From: Amoebophrya sp. A120
Taxonomy: Eukaryota; Protista; Dinoflagellata
DNA length: 64,000 bases
Reading direction: 5' to 3'
NCBI GenBank assembly: GCA_905178155.1
Contig: CAJINV010000007.1
Location: forward strand, 1,643,341 to 1,707,340
Shown: positions 12,013 through 21,559 of the stretch, in pieces
Numbering within the stretch: position 1 is the stretch's first letter
Layout: the number at the start of each line of letters is the position of its first letter
Program-made: the position numbers and the translations under genes
The notes under the pieces: model-generated
Database searches by the model: none
Seen by the model: only the letters and a program-made list of their open reading frames with translations
Told to the model about the DNA's origin: nothing

Positions 12013-14952
12013 ATGAGCTTTTCCTTTTTCCCATCTTCAGCGCGCAACAAGAAAAGTTCCTGCAAGCAGAAGTTCCTTTCTCGCAAAATGAAATTTCTTC
12101 CAAACTTTTCCAACCAGCTCTCCAGTGTAGCATGTTTCTTGTTTTTGGGCACCATTAGTACAAGGAGTACAGCAACATTGGTAGATGCAAAATCTATGTT
12201 GCTCCCTCCGGACGAAAAAACGAAAACTCGTTTTGATCAGGAAAATCCCACGACGATGGTGCCCATTACGACAGAAAGTAGAACAGCCGCCAGCAGTCTT
12301 GACGAGCAGCGGGGACCGGTAGATGAAACTGCTGGTTGCAGAAAATCCTTCCGGCGAGCTGCGGTTGTAGATAATCAACATTGTGCAACAAGCGACGGCA
12401 ACAAGAGCAGCAGCTCGTCGTCCGACGTACTCTCTTCAGTTGGCGGGTCGCCTGCTGCGAAGCGCCGCAAAGTGGAGTTTTTTCAGGACGAGATTCCCAG
12501 CGAAGCCTTACCCTGGCTAAAGGACCAAATCGGGACGGCGCCGCGGTTGAAACGCGAGAGACCTCCACAGGAAGACGATTGTATTGATGGCAGTTATAGA
12601 TATAGAAGTAGAACCGCTAGTGGTAGTGCCTCCGCGTCATCCTCCTCTTCGGCGCTACTGCTGCGCGAAGGAGCAGAAGTATGTAACCTCGGTCGGGGCT
12701 CCTTCTTGACCAAAAGGCGACGAGTAGAATTCAGCTGCAGCAACACCGGCGGGGTTCCACCAACATCTGGAAGAAGACGCAGTAGAAGATCGTTCTTGGA
12801 GGAAACAAGAGCAGCGTGGGGCGCGGCGAGCAGCAGCACCAGTTCAGGAAGTAGCGCTGCGGGGAGTGGCGACGAACAAGATTATACTAGTTCGCAGCAG
12901 AGACCAGCACAACAACCGGAGCAGGAGCCCGACACTGATACGACGACCGCGAGTCCCGGGAAAAGTCCCGGGGGAGGACAAGACGACCATGGCAATAGAG
13001 ACGCAGATGAGCAAACCAGTACGGAAGTAAACTCGGAAACGGAAGACGACGAGCAGCTTGAGCACGACGATGATCTTTTTCTATCAAGAGTTAAAGGTAG
13101 AGTGGATCAACGTGGCCTAGAAGAACTACAACAATCTGAATCTGCACGACCCGCCTACACCCCTGCCGAGAAGCATCACAGAAAAATTCTGATGACATTA
13201 CGGCAAAAACCGTTGGAGTCCTGCGAAGTGGAAGCGAAAAAAACGGAAAAGTGGGTGGAGCACCAGGAAAAGACCTACATTTATTTTGACGGGAGAAGAC
13301 CATCTTGGCCAAAAATGAGTAGTCCTTCCGGCGCTCTCGCTTCGACCACCGCAGGACGAGCGGCTTCAGCATCTTCCTCGACAGGAGAACCACAAATAGC
13401 CGCTGGGCAGCACAAGCAAGTCTTTTTTGAAAAGTACCCGAGTGCTTTTCAGTTCAAACACGATCAGGAGAGGAAGTGCGAGATTTTCGAAGCGATGGTG
13501 CTGCGGATCGTAAAAGCCGCCAGCTTGGAAGATTACCACCCGTTCCCGTCGATTTGCAATGACTGGGTGCGGATGTGTAATGTGAATGCGCAGCAGGCTG
13601 ACGGAGATGGAGCTGTACCGCGGTCATCTTCATCAACTAGTAGTTTTCCTACAGCACCACAGGCCGCGGGACCACATCGGCCACAGCACGAAAGGGGTAC
13701 AACTGCTGGTAGCCGCCACACCGCGCAAGTGGACTTTCTGCAAAAGCTGGTCGATAAAGCGGAGAGGAAAGTGACCTCGATCATTCACACACGGAAAATC
13801 AATCTAGGGCACGACGATCGACGTCACGTCGTGCCAACAAGTACTACGGACGACGTCGAACAAGATCATGGCGATGACTTTGTGAGCATTCGTTTCGTCG
13901 GCGACCAGTGTTCCAAGGCGGTTCGATTCAACAAAAACGCCCTGGTGGCGGAGTTGTTTCAGGAAGCGGCCCGGTTGTTTGAAAACCCAGAGAACGCGAG
14001 GGAGAACATCGACGAAAGCGTGATTGATTTGTTGTACCCCATGGATAGCAGCGCATCGGCCAGCGGCTCATGGTCCGCCGGAAGTGGGGCGATGTCCTCT
14101 GGAGAAGCTGCACCAGCTGCGCAGCATCAAGTGTTCTACCCCATGCGCGGATTTCTGCAGCAAGACGAGTCGGAGTCTTTGGCTAACTCGGGTCGGTTTG
14201 ACAACTCCATTGCCCTCCACGTCCGGGTGATGAAACCGAGGAGCAAGCGCTCGCGGGGAGATGTTGAAGATGATACAACCACGGGGGCGGTCGTGGGGAT
14301 GCCCTGGTGTGGAAAAATAGTAGACGGCGACCCTCCTGGTTCTGTGGACTTTCACTTTGACGAGGTTGATGAAGAAGATGAAATGGACTACGATATGGAA
14401 GACCAACAGGGTTTGGGTTCGGCGTCACAACAACAGCACGAGCCGACCTCTGCTAGTTCAACAGAAATATTATTACCTGGCAGCGTCGCAACGGCCGCTG
14501 CCGCACCGGCGGAGGCCAATAGCACTATGGCAGCAGCGCATGCGCAGTCAGGACAAGGTGGACGAGATTCGGATCCAATTATTACGACGAGATTGCCACA
14601 CCCGTTGCTGCAACAGGCCCTGAACAATATCAGCATGGCAGCAGCGCAGTCAGGACAAGGTGGAGGACGAGATGATTCGGATCCAATTATTACGACGAGA
14701 TTGCCACACCCGTTGCTGCAACAGGCCCTGAACAATATCAGCAATGAAAACCGCAACCGCGCCGCTAATCTGAATCATGGCAATGGGGTGTCAATGTTCT
14801 TACCCGGTTCGCCTGATAGTAGTACAATGGGAGCAGGTGGAGGTGACTCGTCGCCACCATTGTCCCCGCGTCCGTTTGAACTCGTCGAGGGAACCTACCA
14901 CATCGGGCCGGACATGCGCTTGCACAGGGTGCAGAGGTACCCGCCTGTGTAG
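12013..14952 (+). CDS. Large low-complexity putative secreted protein with NLS-like motif and UBX-like domain (start may be ATG 12088)
   Basis: 979-aa ORF; hydrophobic VACFLFLGTI; PAAKRRKVEF; VSIRF..AVRFNKNALVAELFQEAARL...FYPMRGF...ESLANSG...LHVRV. Confidence 0.75.
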   Translation: MSFSFFPSSARNKKSSCKQKFLSRKMKFLPNFSNQLSSVACFLFLGTISTRSTATLVDAKSMLLPPDEKTKTRFDQENPTTMVPITTESRTAASSLDEQRGPVDETAGCRKSFRRAAVVDNQHCATSDGNKSSSSSSDVLSSVGGSPAAKRRKVEFFQDEIPSEALPWLKDQIGTAPRLKRERPPQEDDCIDGSYRYRSRTASGSASASSSSSALLLREGAEVCNLGRGSFLTKRRRVEFSCSNTGGVPPTSGRRRSRRSFLEETRAAWGAASSSTSSGSSAAGSGDEQDYTSSQQRPAQQPEQEPDTDTTTASPGKSPGGGQDDHGNRDADEQTSTEVNSETEDDEQLEHDDDLFLSRVKGRVDQRGLEELQQSESARPAYTPAEKHHRKILMTLRQKPLESCEVEAKKTEKWVEHQEKTYIYFDGRRPSWPKMSSPSGALASTTAGRAASASSSTGEPQIAAGQHKQVFFEKYPSAFQFKHDQERKCEIFEAMVLRIVKAASLEDYHPFPSICNDWVRMCNVNAQQADGDGAVPRSSSSTSSFPTAPQAAGPHRPQHERGTTAGSRHTAQVDFLQKLVDKAERKVTSIIHTRKINLGHDDRRHVVPTSTTDDVEQDHGDDFVSIRFVGDQCSKAVRFNKNALVAELFQEAARLFENPENARENIDESVIDLLYPMDSSASASGSWSAGSGAMSSGEAAPAAQHQVFYPMRGFLQQDESESLANSGRFDNSIALHVRVMKPRSKRSRGDVEDDTTTGAVVGMPWCGKIVDGDPPGSVDFHFDEVDEEDEMDYDMEDQQGLGSASQQQHEPTSASSTEILLPGSVATAAAAPAEANSTMAAAHAQSGQGGRDSDPIITTRLPHPLLQQALNNISMAAAQSGQGGGRDDSDPIITTRLPHPLLQQALNNISNENRNRAANLNHGNGVSMFLPGSPDSSTMGAGGGDSSPPLSPRPFELVEGTYHIGPDMRLHRVQRYPPV
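14527..14742 (+). repeat. In-frame 2 x 108 bp tandem duplication
   Basis: MAAA..QSGQGG..DSDPIITTRLPHPLLQQALNNIS is encoded twice (14527-14634, 14635-14742), with the 3' parts identical at DNA level. Confidence 0.95.
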
Positions 14953-16152
14953 GTCCGCCTTTCTTAGATTGAGCGATTGCTTCAGGGGGGATGAACGAGG
15001 TGGATGTGCAGGCACGGTCACGGAAGAATCTTCTGAGAGTGGTTCTAGCAGGTCGATTTTTGGATTATGGAAGAAACAAATATACTAAGTACATAAATCA
15101 AGGTCATAATCGCCGGCGGCAGATTCTTTTTCAGACTTAATAACTCAGCAGTTGCGCATACGTGTCTTATTTTGAAAAATTAAACCACGCACCTGCACAG
15201 CTCACCTATCTTGATGTGTCGCGAACCTGTAATGAGACTTGAAAACGTCGAGAAATAAACCGGCACTTTTTATTCGAGAAAGAAAAAATGAATTAGATGA
15301 ATCATTCCTTCGAAATTTGAGAAAGCCAAGTTTTTTCTGCGGTAGGAGAAACACATACACAAGGAGAAAAGAACCATGTTGATGTTGGTTGCGGGATGAA
15401 TAAATAGATTCTATCTAAGCAAAAACCATTATCTTATGACACAGAAGAACGTGCAGAAGTTGTAACCACAGTGTGTTGATTGTGTAGCAAATGGGATTTT
15501 TTTCTCCTTCAACAGCGACAAGACAAAGAACGAGCCCTGATTGCGATGCCATTCTCGCCGGTATTGAGAACTTTCGAACAAGGAAGCGTGTTCGCGAATG
15601 TATCTAGACCTCCTTTTGGAGGTAGTAGCAACTAAAGCACATTAGGACAATGAAGATGTGAAATTCAAATTCGTAGCAGGGATTATAATCTATCTCAACA
15701 TGGTCGTGCAATCGCTTGTGTAGAAAAGCAGAAACACGGCACAGTCAGACACAAGAGTAAGACAGAGGAGGGTGCAAAGAAATGAAAGACCTTCCACCTT
15801 GATGCTGTGATCCATGACCACGAATACTACCACACCAGGGGTCGACGTTGGCGTCTCCGCTCATACATGTATGAACCACATAAACCATAACCATATAGTA
15901 AGTATGTAAGTAGAGTTGTAGTATTAGTTTTTAGTAGTTCATGTTGCGTCTGGAATGACAAAAATAGTGAGAAAATTCCAAGTGTAAGTTCGTCATTCCG
16001 ATGACATACGAAAGAAAGAACCGACCGCTTTAGGAGAACGAGCGTTCGCTGAATTTCATGTACTTAGTTACATCGGCAAGAACCGGAGTTGATAGCTAGC
16101 TTATGTATCGATCCAATCGAGAAAGAAACACAAACAACTATAAGAGAGGAAG

Positions 16153-19100
16153 ATGGACCGGCGTACTCGTGTCGACTTCGTGAACTACTCGTCCATATGA
16201 ACTGCAAAAATGTCTGGGTCTGGAAGATTTCAACTTGTCATGCCGTTTTGGAACTGTAAAAAAATTTGTATTGCATGACCAGCAAGAGGGGTGCAGTTTT
16301 TGCTACGCGGACAGGGCATTTCTCATGCGGAAGGTGCATCAGAAAGCCCTCTAAAAGTCTGCGATGCTAGGTCAAGCATTACAGGCATCATGGGTCATGA
16401 GAAATATGCATGTTGACAAGTCTTGCATTCTTTTTCTTCCAGACCCAGACATTTTTGCATTTGATAGTCCATCGAGTACCGATTCGGCGGCGAGTACTTC
16501 GAGTCCGGGACCTGGCGGGATGCAAAAGTGAAGGAAAACAGCATTCCCAAAGCTGCCGGGCAACAGCAGCAGCAACAGCAGCCGCTTACCGGGAATTCGC
16601 CGGCGAAGTCTAGCACTTCGCCCTCCGTACTACTAAAGAAGGAACAACTGCCGGCGAAGAAGAAGGATGGCAGTTTACCGGGTAGCACGTCGATCTCCTT
16701 CGTGAATAACTCGTGGGTAGCCGGGGTCGCGGGCTACGTCTACTACATCGGCTCGGATGGGAGCTGTATCCACAGAAAAAAACCCATCCACATCCATTTT
16801 TTGCATGGCAAACACATGATTTGATACGTGTTTTGCATCACAAATTGGATGTGGATGGGTTTTTTTCTGTGGATAAGCTGTATCGAAATCGCTTTCAAGC
16901 ACCCCATGATCGGGAGTAACTATGCTGTGCAAAAGTATCGTACTCGTAGTAATCGCAGTCATGCATTACAAATCTCCTTCTTAACCTAAATCCGCATTGC
17001 AAATTCCATTTTTCATGCTGAGGGAATTTGTCATGCGATTTCTACTAGTACGATGCTTTTGCAGTTCATAGTAACTTGTTTACCGCAAGAAGACACTCGA
17101 CCTTTACCGGGAATGCGAAGGTAATATATGATGTCCTGGTGATGTTGCCATTGTCCAGCGTTGCGCTTGCGTATAATTTTTGATGCGGCGCACCCAAACG
17201 CTTGCGCTTTAGTTCGTTGCTTTTCGCATTTATTATTTTCCAGGTCGACAGCAGGCAGTAGATCTAGATTAGCGACTCGGACGAGGCCACATATTCATAA
17301 TCCAAAACCCAGGCTCTTTTCGAGTGCGCCCCGGAAGCCGCTCCGGAAGGTGGCAAGACCCGGTCGAAGCAGTCCAACCTCGGCTGGGTCACAGTGAAGA
17401 ATTCCGCCGAGGACATGCGAATAACCGTGGTGATACCAGACACAGCGACAGACGACTTACAGAATGACGAGGTGTTCAAGATGATCGCGCAGCAACACAT
17501 CCTCTGTCCCTCCTACGCCACCGTGAGCCACCAGGGCACCACCGCCATGACCCCCGGCACGCCGGGGGATTACAACGGAGGAACGAACTTCGACCCGCCA
17601 GACCGACTCTCCCCCGGCGGCGCGGACGGTGCGGCCAGGACGTTTGTGGTGCAAATCGAAAACCGGAGTGAAGAGGAATTCATTTTTGACGGGGATTTCT
17701 TCATCGGCGGGCAGTGGGGCGGGCGGAAACCGCACATCAAGCCAAGTGGTAGTAGTAAGCCTACTAGTTCATCGACGTCTACTACGCCAAGTAGCAGCGC
17801 TGTCGGTGCTGAACAGAGAACGAACAACCCTGCTTCCCCCTCCAAAGCGCGGTCCAAGGACACGACGACACTGACGTTTAAGTCCGACGCGCTAATGCAG
17901 GGAATACAGGGGCTGACGTGGTTTGTCAACGCGAGGAACATGCAGAAATACCTGTGCTTGTGCTTCTCCAATCCCATGTTCGGCGACGGCATTTTCTTCG
18001 CCTCCTGCGGCCACCCACCACACGAATTGAAGGAGGTGCTGGTGGAAAGCCAGGCGACGTTGGCGGGTATTTTTACAATGAGTTCTTTCGTCAGTAGTTT
18101 GAAGATTTCTCGGCTGATGAGTTTGAGTTTATTGGTGATCGTGATGAGTTTGAATATATCATGTCGTGAGGGAACTACAGGTGCAGTCGGTTGGCTCTTG
18201 CTTGGATCCGCTACTTTGAAGTAAGTATTAACGGAAGTAAGAAGAAAACAAAAATCACCTGCACAATAAAACCCAAAAAAACAACTACAACAACAGCGAT
18301 GGGCACGGACAAACTACACTCCCGTCCGGAGCAGGGCGTCGCGTGGCAAGTGGTCGAGATGAGTGCGTCGTGCCACCGCGTGAAGCTCATCATCCTGGAA
18401 AAGCTGCCGTCCATCGACTGGGGCCTCTACCCACCACCCAAGCCCAAAGTCAGGAGAAGAAGCAGCACGGACCAGGTGCCGTCAGGTACTAAGTGTATCA
18501 GATATTAGAAAGTTTGTGTTTGCGGAACTCTATTGCGTGTACTAGCGTCTTTACCGTTCGTCGGTGCTGCAGATCATAAAGCGAGGAGTAAGTACGAAGA
18601 TGGCCGCGTACTTACTATCACACTGAACTATAACAATTTTTCCACACGACAGCCACCTCCACCCCTTCCACAGCCGCTCCGGACGGCAAAACCGAGACGA
18701 TTTCTATCCCTGAAACCCCGCCGGAGCCCTCAGAACCGGAGGTGGAGAACAACTACCAACTGATGCTCCGCAAGGATGACAAGAAGGACGGCGAAGTCGA
18801 CGTGGTCACCGCGACTCTGGATAGTACGCGGCCGCGCGACGCTTTGGACGGATTAGGCCAAGGGTTAATGGCCGCTGGCGGCGGGATTCTGGCCGGGTTC
18901 GCCGCGCTCGTCGCGTCCCCGATCGTCGGCGCGCAGCAGGACGGCGTGTCCGGGTTTTTCACCGGATTGGGCAAAGGAGCGGTCGGCGCGGTGGCGCTCT
19001 CCGCGGGTGGAGTTGTGGCCGGGACGACGCAAATTGTCCGCGGGGTGGCGAACACGCCGGAGGCGCTGTCGCAGGGGAGCAACATGAAGTGGGACAGCAC

Positions 19101-20995
19101 TCTGGGGAAGTGGGTGGACGACACGGTGAATTTGCGGGAATTGGAGTCCGGAAAATTGGAAGAGTCCGAGTCGGAAGAGGAGGAAACAGAGGAGTTGAAG
19201 GATAAGTTCGGGGAGAAAGTTTTAGAAACCGAATACTACGACTTACTCGGCGTCCCCGCGACCGCCACCCCGGGGGAAATCAAGAAAGCCTACTACAAGA
19301 AGGCCCTGGTCTGCCACCCGGACAAGAACCCAAACGATCCAGAAGCGCACAAGAAGTTCCAGGAGCTGAGTCAGGCGTATAAATACATTGTTTTCATCTT
19401 GTGGCTGTGGTTTTAGATTTTTCGTGTATCTATGCTAAAATGAAATGCTTCTTGTGTGTGGTCCCTTCTTTCTCCTATATGTGCACGACTTACCGAAGTC
19501 GAGGAAGTTTTTTTTTTTTTTTATCAACATGATGTGACAAATGTGAATTGATATCGCTTTTAATACTCGTCACAGCTACCAAATCCTGTCCGACCCGCAG
19601 CTTCGCGAGACATACAACCGAGTTGGAAAATCCGGACTCTCCCAGCAAGACATGCCGGACATTGACCCCGCGCTCTTCTTTTCCGTCCTCTTCGGGTCCG
19701 AACAGTTCGAGGGCTACATTGGCAAGTTGTACATCGCATCACAAGCCGAGTCCCTGATGCAGAAACTGCAGAAGAAGGAACAGGTGGACAACTTGGAGCA
19801 GGACATCAAGAACGGCAAAGTTGATTCCCTAGTCACCGACAAGAGCAAGAACACCGCGAAACGGCTGAAGCGGAACCAGGTCCGCCGGGAGATCAAGCTC
19901 GCCATCGCGTTACGCGACCGGCTGAAGCCCTGGGTGTTGCTCCGGGACGAGAAAAACTTTCTCGCCGCCATCGCGGCGGAGGCACAGGAGCTGAAGAAGG
20001 CGAGCTTCGGACAGCGGATGCTTGCGACGATCGGGTTCATCTACGAAAACAAGGCGGAGCAGTACCTCGCGGAGCAGGGCGGTGAATGGAGCCTGTTTTC
20101 CGCCTCCGGGTGGAAGGAAACGGGGGCGAAGACGCAGCGGAACATGCGGTTAGTCGGGCAGTTGACGAACGCGGGTCTAGCACTCAAGAAGCTCCACGCA
20201 GAAGCGCAGAAACTGGACGAGGAAGATTTGAAAGAGGAGGGAGATGAGCAAGCGGATAAAGCTGCAGCAGCAGAGAAGAAGGACGGCGATGTTGGCGGTG
20301 ACAACAAGAAGGACAGCGCCAGTGCAGCTTCTAGTGCATCTGCTGCTCCGGGAGGTGCCGCAGCATCAGCTAGTACATCTTCACCCAGTAAAAGCGCTGC
20401 AGCTGCTGGCGCGACCCCAAAGGGAGGTCCTGCTGGGACGAATACTGCATCAACCTCTTCAACGTCCGCCGGCGCAGCAGGAACAGCATCAGGAGCCCAA
20501 TCTTCATCAACAGGAGCAGCAGCAGGCACTGCAACTACAGGCGGGACAACATCTTCAGCAGCCCAAGCTCCGTCAAAGCCAGCCCTTACCCCAGAAGAGG
20601 AAGCGAAGAAGAAGCAGCAGCAGGAAAGGAAGAAGCAGGAGCGCAAAGCCGCTGCAGCCCGGGAGATGGAACAGTCGCTGCCGATCTTTTTGGAGATCAT
20701 CTGGGAGTTTTCCGCCTCCGACATTGAGTCCACCGTCGCGTCGGTGTGTAAATTCTTCCTCTACGACGTGTCCGTCCCGTGGATTCTGCGCATCCGCCGG
20801 GCCGCGGCGTTGCAGCGCGTGGGACGGATTTTTCAGGACATCGCGACCATGACGGACAAGGAATTAGATTCCGCGGACGCGAAATCAAAGCTGGAGCAGG
20901 CCTTTGTCACCACGATAACGAAGGAAAAAGGGAAAGAGAAGGAGGGCGGCAAGGGGAGTGGTAACACGCCGACCAGCGGCGGGGCGAAGGCGTGA
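16153..20995 (+). CDS. J-domain/DnaJ-X protein with two N-terminal aegerolysin/actinoporin-like repeats and an ATG2/VPS13-C-like Gly-rich amphipathic segment
   Basis: A continuous ORF results after removing IE3, IE4, IE5 and GT-AG introns 17121-17312, 18067-18296, 18486-18652 and 19377-19575. J domain YYDLLGV...[18 protein letters not shown]...[14 protein letters not shown] is followed by [16 protein letters not shown] and an X-domain. Confidence 0.85.
16196..16466. mobile_element. Introner IE3, family B (271 bp), opposite orientation to IE2
   Basis: TIR TGCAAAAATGTCTGGGTCTGGAAGA; TSD GTCCA at 16191-16195 and 16467-16471; removal gives [12 protein letters not shown]. Confidence 0.94.
16767..16875. 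mobile_element. Introner IE4, family A (109 bp)
   Basis: Perfect TIR TATCCACAGAAAAAAACCCATCCACATCCA; TSD AGCTG at 16762-16766 and 16876-16880; removal gives [14 protein letters not shown]. Confidence 0.95.
16921..17070. mobile_element. Introner IE5, family C (150 bp)
   Basis: TIR TATGctgTGCAAAAGtATCGTACTcGTAGtAATCGCA ... TGCGATTTCTACTAGTACGATGCTTTTGCAGTTCATA; TSD GTAAC at 16916-16920 and 17071-17075; removal gives PMIGSNLFTAR. Confidence 0.94.
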
Positions 20996-21559
20996 GCTGT
21001 AGAGGAGTGATGACGATCGTCGTGCGCTTGTTAACCTGTGGTCCCTGTACTGGATAGATAGATCAAATAAACCATGCTGACGCACGATATTTTTGGAGAT
21101 GAAGACTAGCCATTGTATCAGGAGACTACCTAGTAGTCGTGGCGCAGACAGAAAATGGACTTGAAAGCGACTTTTTTTTACAAGAAGATTTTCCGGCAAG
21201 ATTGATTCATACTTTACACATACGCGACTCCGCGGCTATCTTATGTTTTTCCTGCCCTCCCAGTCTACAGACTTCACTCACCTCAATAAAGATAGACGTC
21301 GCCCTTCGTCTGTTTTCATGTCACGACGACGGCGACGCGCAGCTAGCAATAGCATCGCCTGCATCTGCTGCCCCGTTTTCTTCAACCCACGTGAGTGACC
21401 CACAAACAGAAAGAAACCTGCTGCACAGACAACATGACTTCTTAGAGCAGTAACATTTTCCCATGTAGCATTTTATGGCAAAGGCACATGATCATGCGCC
21501 AAAAGGAAAAGCAAGAAGGAGAAAATGAAACTCAGCGCCTTGTTCTACAAAGAAAACGC

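Noticed and set aside
17241-17243. Pyrimidine-preceded acceptor TTATTTTCCAG for the intron starting at 17121
   Set aside because: Leads to an in-frame TAG six codons later; the A/C-preceded AG at 17312 keeps the frame.
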